A stretch of 30,596 nucleotides of DNA from positions 1 to 30,596 of IMG/VR virus record IMGVR_UViG_3300012953_000131. One strand, written 5' to 3'. The translations under genes were made by a program, and so were the position numbers. The notes beneath the pieces were generated by a model. That model was given only the letters and a program-made list of their open reading frames with translations, did no database searches and was not told where the DNA came from. Positions within the stretch are counted from its first letter, which is position 1. Each line of letters begins with the position of its first letter. This DNA is from a virus. Taxonomy: Duplodnaviria > Caudoviricetes. Below are positions 8,654 through 16,897 of the stretch, piece after piece.

Positions 8654-8812
8654 ATGCACAATCGAGAGGTATCATTCAACAATCTCAAAGCTTGGTCTAA
8701 AGCGGAGGGTGATGTTAGTTACATCGATCAAATAGATGACTACTTTGAATGTATATCGGAGGCAACAGATGATAAGAGAGGTATACACATGTGTAGAATC
8801 TTATTGAAATAA
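8654..8812 (+). CDS. 52-aa small protein (MHN...N.L.AW...IDDYFECI.E...C)
   Basis: Not in the ORF track. GGAG RBS at 8644-8647; translation MHNREVSFNNLKAWSKAEGDVSYIDQIDDYFECISEATDDKRGIHMCRILLK; TAATG coupling to the next ORF. Confidence 0.75.
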   Translation: MHNREVSFNNLKAWSKAEGDVSYIDQIDDYFECISEATDDKRGIHMCRILLK

Positions 8813-8973
8813 TGAGTGTAATAATTTATGGTGAGTATTGTGAACATTTGGAACAAGAAAATGAGATCCTAAAAAAACAGATTAGTTTTCTTAAAACCCA
8901 ATTAGAATATAAATCATTAGGACCTCCCAATGTCTTGGAGGACGATGATTACGCAAATGGATTCTTACTTTAA
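8812..8973 (+). CDS. 53-aa coiled-coil hypothetical protein
   Basis: Not in the ORF track. Translation MSVIIYGEYCEHLEQENEILKKQISFLKTQLEYKSLGPPNVLEDDDYANGFLL; coupled to the upstream stop. Confidence 0.7.
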   Translation: MSVIIYGEYCEHLEQENEILKKQISFLKTQLEYKSLGPPNVLEDDDYANGFLL

Positions 8974-9475
8974 TGGTAAATGGTCAGACTCAAGTTTCGA
9001 TTCGTATAAGTGGTCTGGGTATAGGTTAATTGAGGAAATCAATTCTCAAAATCCTGAATCGGTATTAGATGTTGGGTGTGGGTTCAATAGACTGCAAGGT
9101 AAAATTAAAAATCTTATCGGTATAGATCCATACAACGACTATGCCGATATGAAAATATCTTTAGAAGAATATCAAGGAGACCCTGTTGACATAGTTCTAT
9201 GTCTGGGGTCTATTAATTTTGGAGATGAAGATACTATAGATTCTCAAATGGAAATGTTAGATTCTATATGGAAGAAGAAAGCATATTTTAGAGTCAATCC
9301 TGGTTTAGAACATACGTGGAATGATAAAAAAGATTGGGAAGGTATTGTGTGGTATCAATGGAATGCACATAAGATCTATAAGATTTGTGACAAATACAAT
9401 TATACCTTGGGAAGACTGGAAGAAGAGTACACAACTCAAGGTCATTTACGATACTATTTTGAATTATATAAATAA
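8930..9475 (+). CDS. Class I SAM-dependent methyltransferase-like protein
   Basis: Motif I SVLDVGCG, LIGIDP, DIVLCLGSINF. The real start may be ATG 8945 or 8957. Confidence 0.8.
   Translation: MSWRTMITQMDSYFNGKWSDSSFDSYKWSGYRLIEEINSQNPESVLDVGCGFNRLQGKIKNLIGIDPYNDYADMKISLEEYQGDPVDIVLCLGSINFGDEDTIDSQMEMLDSIWKKKAYFRVNPGLEHTWNDKKDWEGIVWYQWNAHKIYKICDKYNYTLGRLEEEYTTQGHLRYYFELYK
9467..9474 (+). promoter_or_regulatory. T4-type late promoter (TATAAATA, perfect)
   Basis: Exact consensus, 25 nt upstream of ATG 9500. Confidence 0.75.
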
Positions 9476-9499
9476 TAAGGTATTAATCAATAATAGAAA

Positions 9500-10174
9500 A
9501 TGCTTTCTGGAACAGATTTTGTAAAAAAAATCAAGGAAGGAAACAAGGAACTCTTTGAAGCATCACGCTCAAATGTCCGTCGTTTCTTCGCTTCAAAACC
9601 GAGCGATGAGTACTTAGTTGAGCACTTCCGTGGACGTATGGTCAACGAAGCTCAGAACATGTATGCTATCGCTGGTCAGGTCGCTTCTGCAGATCCTTCT
9701 ACAGACGTAAAAGATTTAGAATTATTAAGTAAGCAAGCACTAGACGAAGCTAAGCACTTCCGTATGGTGAAAGAAGTTATCGAGCACATCACTGGTGAAG
9801 AACTAGATGTTGCTGCTGCATTCGCTGCTGAAGCAGAGAATCCACAAGCAAAAGGTGCTGAACTTCTTGAAAAGTATGAAGCATCAAATTGGGAACCTGC
9901 ACTTGCAGCATACCAGTTGGTAGCAGAAGGAAGAGCAGAAGCAGTTTGGAATGAAATGGCAGAATGTGTAGAAGATAAGTTTATCTCTTCACGTTATGCA
10001 ACTATTGCTAAAGACGAAGGATTCCACTCAAACTTAGGTGGACGCACACTTTCTCGTTTAGTAGAAGGTAGTGAGGAACTTCAGTCACACGTTCTTTCTC
10101 TTGTTGAAAGAATGAGAGAAGATCTTCTTGAGATCAGCAATAAGAACACTGCTACTCCTCTTGCCGTAGTATAA
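9500..10174 (+). CDS. Ferritin-like di-iron carboxylate protein
   Basis: Complete ligand pattern E (MVNE) ... DEAKH ... E (VAEG) ... DEGFH in an all-helical 224-aa protein. Confidence 0.8.
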   Translation: MLSGTDFVKKIKEGNKELFEASRSNVRRFFASKPSDEYLVEHFRGRMVNEAQNMYAIAGQVASADPSTDVKDLELLSKQALDEAKHFRMVKEVIEHITGEELDVAAAFAAEAENPQAKGAELLEKYEASNWEPALAAYQLVAEGRAEAVWNEMAECVEDKFISSRYATIAKDEGFHSNLGGRTLSRLVEGSEELQSHVLSLVERMREDLLEISNKNTATPLAVV

Positions 10175-10787
10175 AAGGTTTACGACCTTCCCTAATAGTG
10201 TCATCTAACCAGTGATGGTCTATGGCACTTACATATTTCCCATTGGCATCGGCAGTTATAAACTTGTCAATGCCATTTGTGGTAATGGGGAATTCTAAAA
10301 GATTACCAACATATCGGATATACTCTTCCTTCCATAAGAAGAATGATTCGTGTGATAGGAAATGAGTTATTATATTTTCATCATGCAATATAGACTTATA
10401 ATATTTTAGAGCAGTTGGTAGGGTTACTTCCCCACCAACTCTTTTTTGTTGGAGTGCATTAATATTTTGATCTCTTGTAATAATTGCTACTATAGGTTGC
10501 ACACCTTGATGCAATGCTTGATGGCATAGTTCTTCTATCTTGGGAACTTGTCTAACACCATCATAGAAGAAAGGTACACTGACGTTAGCACAGAAGTAAT
10601 CTCCTTCTGGAAAATCTAACAATGCTGGATGTACCCAAAATTTAGCAAATGGTTCTTCATCACTAGGAACCCAATAATTATCCTTTAGACTTTCCCATCC
10701 AATTACATCTGGATGTTGACTAAAGATACGAGCAAATAGATGATTACCAGAACCTTGTGGTCCTGTTGTAATAAGAAGTTTTTTCAC
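10152..10787 (-). CDS. Divergent sulfotransferase-fold protein, paralog 2B
   Basis: Likely GTG start at 10787 overlapping the pebS stop (GTGA). LLITTGPQGSGNHLFARIFSQHPDV, VAIITRDQ, FLSHES. Confidence 0.65.
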   Translation of the reverse strand: MKKLLITTGPQGSGNHLFARIFSQHPDVIGWESLKDNYWVPSDEEPFAKFWVHPALLDFPEGDYFCANVSVPFFYDGVRQVPKIEELCHQALHQGVQPIVAIITRDQNINALQQKRVGGEVTLPTALKYYKSILHDENIITHFLSHESFFLWKEEYIRYVGNLLEFPITTNGIDKFITADANGKYVSAIDHHWLDDTIREGRKPFILRQEE

Positions 10788-11404
10788 TTGTAACAAAATA
10801 AGAAATCATTTACTAAACTATCTGCTCTTTCCTTCCCAAACTTAGAGGCAAGATAACCACTGACAGGATCTAGTCTAGTCATATATTCATCAAAGTCTTT
10901 ATATACGGTTGTATCTTCTCCTGTTGGTTTTGCTGCTTCTATCATATCAACATATGCTTGTAGATACTTCTTGAACATATCAAGATGCTGATTCACATCA
11001 TTAGGTTTACAGTACCTTACAAAGATATTATCAGAGAAGTGGTTACCTTTTTCAAAGAAACGATAGTCTTCTGTACACTTGGGTAAAAATGGAACACTAA
11101 ACAAATAGTTTTCTACAGGATGCTGAAAGTCAAAAACAACAATAACTCTCTTCTCATTGAATGCCATTAGATCCATACCAAAACAAGGAAGATTACTTCC
11201 TGTCTTTGGGTATGCTATACAGTTGAAGATATCAACATTCTTACCATCAGAGATATCTACTTGTCTTGATTTGAGAAAGTGTGGATGTGAATGAGTAATT
11301 GCATTCAAATGGGTTCCTTTACCTTCCCAGTTTGCCCATGAAGATTCTAGTTTCATAGGTAACATGCTTCTATAAGCACTTATATATTCTTGCCACATTG
11401 TCAT
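10784..11404 (-). CDS. pebS: Phycoerythrobilin synthase (ferredoxin-dependent bilin reductase)
   Basis: YPKTG.NLPCFGMDLM, VFDFQHP.E.YLFSV, YRFFE.GNHFS.NIFVRYCKP, GEDTTVY.DFD.YMT.LDPV.GY and VNDFLF.YK match cyanophage P-SSM2 PebS as I recall it. Both catalytic Asp positions (FDFQH, LDP) are present. Start is ATG 11404 or 11398. Confidence 0.92.
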   Translation of the reverse strand: MTMWQEYISAYRSMLPMKLESSWANWEGKGTHLNAITHSHPHFLKSRQVDISDGKNVDIFNCIAYPKTGSNLPCFGMDLMAFNEKRVIVVFDFQHPVENYLFSVPFLPKCTEDYRFFEKGNHFSDNIFVRYCKPNDVNQHLDMFKKYLQAYVDMIEAAKPTGEDTTVYKDFDEYMTRLDPVSGYLASKFGKERADSLVNDFLFCYK

Positions 11405-11406
11405 AA

Positions 11407-12114
11407 TTAGCACCTACATGGTTTGTCGTTACAGCAAGGGAGGTAATCCCCCCTTATACCTTTATTATAATCTCCCTTATTGGGATTGTCTGGAAAAGGA
11501 ACTCCTGTTTTATTCCCATCATCTAATGGATTGTGTTCTACATAATTGATGTATTTTGCATTAGCATCTACTTCTAATATTTCATCTACTCTCTTATCAT
11601 ACCATGCTATTGGGAATCCTACATTCAATGATTTCAAATATTCTTGCTTATAAAGATAAAGTAATTCATAACTTAGAAATGTTGGATTATCAAATTGACC
11701 CAGTTGATCATAAAAATGTCTTACAGTTGACTCTTCCCTTATCCTCTGTTGTTGGTTTCTTAGTATAGTTTGATCTCTTCCTATGACAAGAATTTTTGTA
11801 TCAATACCACATAATTGAGCATTTGTGGCAAACTGTACCACGTTTGGACACCATTTAGTACCTTTACTTTCTATACCAAGAGGAATACTGATAGATGTAA
11901 AGTAATGATCACTTTGATCCCAGTCAAATTGATACAGTCTACTTGGATCTCTCCAGTACTCAGCAAATGGTTCACTAAACCGATGTGCTTCCCAATAGTT
12001 ATCAAGAAGAGTTTTCCATCCAAAGACATCTTCATGTAATGAGAATATTTTAGACCACAGGTGATTGCCAGAACCTTGCGGTCCTGTAAGTATAGCGAGC
12101 GTTTTTGTCATCAT
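11407..12114 (-). CDS. Divergent sulfotransferase-fold protein, paralog 2A
   Basis: LAILTGPQGSGNHLWSKIFSLHEDV, ILVIGRDQ, FLSYELL; shares GW..L.DNYW, EPFA..W..P, QQ.R and DAN.KY with 2B. Confidence 0.65.
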   Translation of the reverse strand: MMTKTLAILTGPQGSGNHLWSKIFSLHEDVFGWKTLLDNYWEAHRFSEPFAEYWRDPSRLYQFDWDQSDHYFTSISIPLGIESKGTKWCPNVVQFATNAQLCGIDTKILVIGRDQTILRNQQQRIREESTVRHFYDQLGQFDNPTFLSYELLYLYKQEYLKSLNVGFPIAWYDKRVDEILEVDANAKYINYVEHNPLDDGNKTGVPFPDNPNKGDYNKGIRGDYLPCCNDKPCRC

Positions 12115-12131
12115 TTTCAGCACCTGTACTA

Positions 12132-12140
12132 ATTATAGCA
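12132..12140 (-). promoter_or_regulatory. Sigma70-like extended -10 (TGcTATAAT) for the minus-strand pebS operon
   Basis: Reverse complement of attatagca, about 18 nt upstream of ATG 12114. Confidence 0.6.
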
Positions 12141-12146
12141 TAAATA
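12140..12146 (+). promoter_or_regulatory. T4-type late promoter (ATAAATA)
   Basis: cATAAATA about 50 nt upstream of ATG 12197. Confidence 0.6.
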
Positions 12147-12150
12147 TGTC

Positions 12151-12185
12151 AGACTGTATATACAGTCTTTTTATAGGTATATACC
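12151..12185. repeat. Two palindromes sharing a GTATATAC core
   Basis: agactgtatatacagtct (12151-12168, perfect 18 bp) and ggtatatacc (12176-12185). Confidence 0.8.
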
Positions 12186-12196
12186 GAATGTATTAA

Positions 12197-13558
12197 ATGG
12201 CTAGTCCAGTAATTAAGATAAAGCGTTCTGCCGTTTCAGGAAACGCACCCACAACGTCACAGTTAGAACTAGGAGAATTAGCTCTAAACACGTATGACGG
12301 AAAATTATTTACGGAGATCAATACTGGTAGTGCATCAATAGTAGAAATAGGGTCAAATCTAAACACCCTACAAGTAAATACAATAACTTCTAATGTAGCA
12401 TTCACAGGAGATATAACTTTTACTGGGGATGATTATAATATTGTTTGGGATAAGAGTGACAATCAATTAGAATTTGGAGACAATGCGAAGGCGGTTTTCG
12501 GGACGGGATCAGATCTTTCCATATATCATACGGGAAGTCATTCGTTCATCGATGATACAGGAACGGGTAATCTAAAGGTTAGATCTAATAATTTTAGAAT
12601 ATCTAATGGAGATGAGTCAAAAGTATATGGTACATTTACACCTACATCAGTAGATCTATATTTTAATAATACAAAGCGTTTTCAGACTAGTGCTGGTGGA
12701 GCTATTGTAACGGGTGGTCTACGTGCTACTGGTATTGTTACAGCAACACATGGTTTTACTGGTAATATAAACTCCACTGGTATATCAACTATATCAGGAT
12801 TTACCTTCCCCTCAACCGACGGGAGTGAAGATCAAAGTCTTGTCACAGATGGAAATGGTGGTCTTAGTTTCAAAACTATTTCAGGTGGTGGAGGTGCTAC
12901 TGGTGCTGGTACATCATTGAGTACTGGTATAACTACAGCAACACAAGGTCAAACTTCATTTACTGCCCCTAATGTATTTGATGATGGAGAACAGGCGACT
13001 GCATTTTCAACACAGGTATTTGTAAACGGTGTAAAGCAAAGACTTGGTGCATCAAATGATTATCAATTATCTGCTCCACAAACAGTTACTTTGAATAGTG
13101 GTGCTAATGTTGGTGATGATGTTAGTATTGTTGTTTACTTTGGACATACTTTAGAAGAAGAATTTTTTACATCAACTCAAGGTCAGATTACTTTTAGTTT
13201 ATCGGGATCTTTATCATCATCAAAAAATTATAAAGTATTTTTGAATGGAGTTAGACTTAGAAATACTGTTGACTATATTGCTACTTCAGCAGTAGTTTTG
13301 AATCAAGCAGCAAGTGCAGGAGAACAAATAGATATTGTCTCCGATCAAGCAGAAGATAGATATACTGCAAATGAAGGTCAAACTTCATTCGCTCCAGCTG
13401 ACTCAAATACAACATCAACTAATATGCAAGTGTATATGAATGGTGTTCTTCTAAGACAAACTGAAGACTGGACTATAGGAAGTCCTGCTATTACTATGCA
13501 AGATGTAGCAGGTCTTACACTTGGTGATGAAGTCGATGTTGTAGTAAGACGTTCATAA
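12197..13558 (+). CDS. Tail fibre-like structural protein (453 aa) with three C-terminal beta repeats
   Basis: N-terminus IKIKRS.V.G.AP....L.LGELALNTYDGKLF; FG.GSDL.IYH.GS.SFI module; three repeats GQ.(S/T)F...V(F/Y).NGV...D(Y/W)...G(D/E).(V/I).(I/V)V. Confidence 0.8.
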   Translation: MASPVIKIKRSAVSGNAPTTSQLELGELALNTYDGKLFTEINTGSASIVEIGSNLNTLQVNTITSNVAFTGDITFTGDDYNIVWDKSDNQLEFGDNAKAVFGTGSDLSIYHTGSHSFIDDTGTGNLKVRSNNFRISNGDESKVYGTFTPTSVDLYFNNTKRFQTSAGGAIVTGGLRATGIVTATHGFTGNINSTGISTISGFTFPSTDGSEDQSLVTDGNGGLSFKTISGGGGATGAGTSLSTGITTATQGQTSFTAPNVFDDGEQATAFSTQVFVNGVKQRLGASNDYQLSAPQTVTLNSGANVGDDVSIVVYFGHTLEEEFFTSTQGQITFSLSGSLSSSKNYKVFLNGVRLRNTVDYIATSAVVLNQAASAGEQIDIVSDQAEDRYTANEGQTSFAPADSNTTSTNMQVYMNGVLLRQTEDWTIGSPAITMQDVAGLTLGDEVDVVVRRS

Positions 13559-13561
13559 ATA
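13555..13561 (+). promoter_or_regulatory. T4-type late promoter (ATAAATA)
   Basis: Overlaps the stop of the upstream gene, 20 nt before the g13 ATG. Confidence 0.65.
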
Positions 13562-13581
13562 ACTCAAAATAGTATTATAAT

Positions 13582-14466
13582 ATGTCAGGTCATTTAGCCC
13601 AAGAACCACAGACGAAGCCCGAATGGCTAAACTATCGACAAGAGTTGGTACGTTATGGTAGGAGGCAGCTTGGTGAACCTGTTTTAGAAATAAATGTTGC
13701 TGATGAGCAGGTAGATGAAATATTACATGATACCTTCCAGATGTATCAGAACCGTCATATGGATGGTGTTGAGTTGATGTATCTAAAGCATAAAGTTAGT
13801 CAGGAGTTTGTAGATTCTATAGGTGGAAGAGCAGATGATAATACTATTGGTATTGTTACAACAACCAATAGTTCTAATATAGCAGGTATTGGTAGTACAA
13901 CATTTGATTTTGAAGAAACTCAGAACTATATTCAAGTTCCTGATCACGTTATATCTGTTGAAAAAGTTTGGAAATTGGATAACCGTGCGATCAGCACTAA
14001 CATGTTTAGTGTCAACTATCAGTTATTCTTGAATGAGATTTATTACTTTAGTAGTACTGAAGTATTAAATTACACAATGACTAAGAGATATTTGGAAGAT
14101 CTAGATTTCATATTGCATCCAGATAAACAAATAAGATATAATAGGCGAATGAATAGATTGTATATTGATACTGATAAGAATAGTATAAAGGTTGATGATT
14201 TTATTATTATTCAATGTTATAGAGCATTAGATCCTGCTTCTGCAGGTAACAGGATATATGGCGATATATGGGTAAGAAGATATTTTGTTGCATTATTGAA
14301 AAAGCAGTGGGGACAAAATCTTATGAAGTATCAGGGGGTAAAATTACCAGGTGGAGTTGAACTTAATGGTAGGCAAATATATGAAGATGGTGTAGCAGAA
14401 CTAGAAAAAATAGAAGAACGTATGGCATACGAGGTCGAACTTCCACCACTAGACATGATTGGATAA
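13582..14466 (+). CDS. g13: Neck protein gp13
   Basis: RQLGEPVLEINVADEQV, KKQWGQNLMKYQGVKLPGGVELNG, ELPPLDMIG; synteny. Confidence 0.93.
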   Translation: MSGHLAQEPQTKPEWLNYRQELVRYGRRQLGEPVLEINVADEQVDEILHDTFQMYQNRHMDGVELMYLKHKVSQEFVDSIGGRADDNTIGIVTTTNSSNIAGIGSTTFDFEETQNYIQVPDHVISVEKVWKLDNRAISTNMFSVNYQLFLNEIYYFSSTEVLNYTMTKRYLEDLDFILHPDKQIRYNRRMNRLYIDTDKNSIKVDDFIIIQCYRALDPASAGNRIYGDIWVRRYFVALLKKQWGQNLMKYQGVKLPGGVELNGRQIYEDGVAELEKIEERMAYEVELPPLDMIG

Positions 14467-15848
14467 TGTTAAATCCTTTTTTCGTACACGGTAATAAGGG
14501 CGAGCAAAATCTCGTTCAGTCTTTAGTAGACGAACATATACAAATGCATGGCATAGAGTTTACCTATATGCCTAGACATTATGTTAATAGAAAAACTGTT
14601 CTTAGGGAAGTAAGTACATCAGATTTTACAAAAACTTTTCCCATTGAAGGGTACATTGAAAATTATGAAGGATTTGGTGATAACCATAATTTGTTGACAA
14701 AGTTTGGAGTAAGGTCAACAGCAGAAATGAGTATTGTCATTTCTAAGGCAAGATTTCAGGAGTATATTGTACCGTTACTTCAGGATCAAGGTGGAGTAGG
14801 ATTATCCAAAGATCCTGTAAGACCTTTAGAAGGAGATCTTATATATTTTCCTTTAGCTGATATTTTATTTGAAGTAAAGTATGTTGAGCATGAAGCAAAC
14901 TTTTATCAGTTAGAAGAAAACTATTCATACACATTGAAATGTGAAGTATTTGAATATGAGGATGAGAAAATTGATACTGGTATCAAGGAAATTGATGATG
15001 ATTTTGCAACCATTGGATACAATGCAACTCTAACACTTGTCGGTGTTGGAACTACTGCAACAGCAGAAACGTCATTGGTAAATGGTGGTATTCATCAAAT
15101 AAAGATATTCAACGAGGGTACAGGATTTACGGGAGATCCTACAGTTCTCATATCTGCACCTAATGGTAGTGGTAGAAGAGCAACAGCAGTTGCTATCACT
15201 ACTGATAATCCGCAGGGATCTAGATCCTTACATGAAATTAGGATTACTGATCCAGGTTTTGGTTATACATCACTACCAAGTGTAACTGTCACACCTACTG
15301 ATGGTAAAGGTGGAAATGTTTCTATTGGTGTTGGTATTGCTACAACAGGTGCTGTTGGTATTATTACTATCACTAGTGGTGGTACAGATTACAATATACA
15401 ACCAACTATTACATTCTCTGCAGCACCTTCAGGAGGTGTAACTGCAATAGGTACTGCAATTATATCTAATCGTAGTCTAACTGCAATTCAGGTTACTAAT
15501 GCTGGATACGGTTATACTTTAGCACCATCTATAACTGTTGGTGCTGCAGGAACTATTGGTATAGGAACATTCCATTATGGTGATACGATTAAGGGAGTAG
15601 ATACAGAAACTACTGCATATGCTACTTCTTGGGATGTTAGTACTGGAAAACTTACCGCTAAGAATCTTACTGGTAAATTTGCTATCAATGAAGTTCTTAC
15701 TACCGTCGGTGTTGCTATCACTGCTTCATACCGCATAAATAGTGTGAACTACGACGATGACGACGCTTTTGAGGATAACCAAGAAATCCAGATTGAATCA
15801 GATGGAATTCTTGACTTCACAGAGCAAAACCCATTCGGTGAAGCATAA
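14466..15848 (+). CDS. g14: Neck protein gp14 (long cyanophage form)
   Basis: LTKFG, RPLEGDLIYFP, LFEVKYVEHE..FYQL, C-terminal ILDFTEQNPFGE; central Gly/Thr repeat insert. Confidence 0.92.
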   Translation: MLNPFFVHGNKGEQNLVQSLVDEHIQMHGIEFTYMPRHYVNRKTVLREVSTSDFTKTFPIEGYIENYEGFGDNHNLLTKFGVRSTAEMSIVISKARFQEYIVPLLQDQGGVGLSKDPVRPLEGDLIYFPLADILFEVKYVEHEANFYQLEENYSYTLKCEVFEYEDEKIDTGIKEIDDDFATIGYNATLTLVGVGTTATAETSLVNGGIHQIKIFNEGTGFTGDPTVLISAPNGSGRRATAVAITTDNPQGSRSLHEIRITDPGFGYTSLPSVTVTPTDGKGGNVSIGVGIATTGAVGIITITSGGTDYNIQPTITFSAAPSGGVTAIGTAIISNRSLTAIQVTNAGYGYTLAPSITVGAAGTIGIGTFHYGDTIKGVDTETTAYATSWDVSTGKLTAKNLTGKFAINEVLTTVGVAITASYRINSVNYDDDDAFEDNQEIQIESDGILDFTEQNPFGEA

Positions 15849-16897
15849 TGTTTGGAAAATATTTCTACAATGAAACTATACGAAAGACGGTAATCGCCTT
15901 TGGTACTTTATTTAATGATATAACAGTAAAGCATAAGAACGATTCTACTGATGCTGTTATCAGTACTATAAAGGTTCCTATAGCATATGGACCTATACAG
16001 AAGTTTCTTGCTCGTGTAGAACAACAGTCAAACTTCAATCGTCAAGCAGCAATAACTTTACCTAGATTATCGTTTGAAATAATAAATTATCAATATGATC
16101 CTTCAAGGAAGGTAGCACCTGTAACTAAATTTTGTTTAGTACCCAATAGTAGTAAGAATAAAATTAAAAAGGTATTCATGCCTGTCCCATATAATATTGG
16201 GTTTAGATTAAGTTTTGCTACAAAGTTGCAAGATGACGCTTTGCAGATCTTAGAGCAAATACTACCATTTTTTCAACCAGCATATAATGTTACTCTTAAT
16301 ATGATAGAGGGTCATAATGAAACTAAGGATGTTCCATTTACACTAAATGACATAAACTTCCAAGATGAGTATGAAGGTGATTTTAGTGAAAGAAGAGCGA
16401 TCATATATGATCTAGAATTTACAGCAAAAACATACTTCTATAATGAAGTTCCTACAGACGAAACTGGTGGAATTATCAAGCGTGTACAAATCGATTACTC
16501 TTCTGCTATTAGGGCACCAAGAGAAGTTAGATATGTTGTCACACCTACTGCTACAAAGGATTATAACTCAGATAAAACTGTTGCATTAACTGCTGTTTTT
16601 GAAACAGGTAAGACTTTGTTGAAAGTTAATAGTGGCGTAAACTTAGTGGTTGGTCAATATATTCAAATTAACAATGAAGTCATGAGAGTTGAAGAGAAAG
16701 ACAATACTGATATTATTGTTGCTCGTGCTCAGTATAGGACTGCTGAACAGAAACATAGTAGTGGTGACAATGTAAACCTTATAAATGCTTCTGATCATGC
16801 ACTTATAGAAGTGGGTGATGATTTTGGATTTGATAGTGATATTGAATTTTTCCAAGATTCTAAATTCTTTAGCCCTAGTCAGGGGAGTGATCAGTAA
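15848..16897 (+). CDS. g15: Tail sheath stabiliser / tail terminator gp15
   Basis: FYNETIRKTVIAFGTLFN, KVPIAYGP.QKFLAR, LPRLSFE, QILEQILPFFQP. Confidence 0.93.
   Translation: MFGKYFYNETIRKTVIAFGTLFNDITVKHKNDSTDAVISTIKVPIAYGPIQKFLARVEQQSNFNRQAAITLPRLSFEIINYQYDPSRKVAPVTKFCLVPNSSKNKIKKVFMPVPYNIGFRLSFATKLQDDALQILEQILPFFQPAYNVTLNMIEGHNETKDVPFTLNDINFQDEYEGDFSERRAIIYDLEFTAKTYFYNEVPTDETGGIIKRVQIDYSSAIRAPREVRYVVTPTATKDYNSDKTVALTAVFETGKTLLKVNSGVNLVVGQYIQINNEVMRVEEKDNTDIIVARAQYRTAEQKHSSGDNVNLINASDHALIEVGDDFGFDSDIEFFQDSKFFSPSQGSDQ

Noticed and set aside
9500-10174. Calling the ferritin-like protein an aldehyde-deformylating oxygenase (ado) or a storage ferritin
   Set aside because: Only the generic di-iron ligand pattern is visible. 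I cannot recognise family-specific motifs, and no acyl-ACP reductase is present.
10152-12114. GPQGSG proteins as nucleotide kinases
   Set aside because: The Walker A lysine and Ser/Thr are missing (GSGNH). The H(P/E)DV, RD and S(Y/H)E motifs fit the sulfotransferase fold better.
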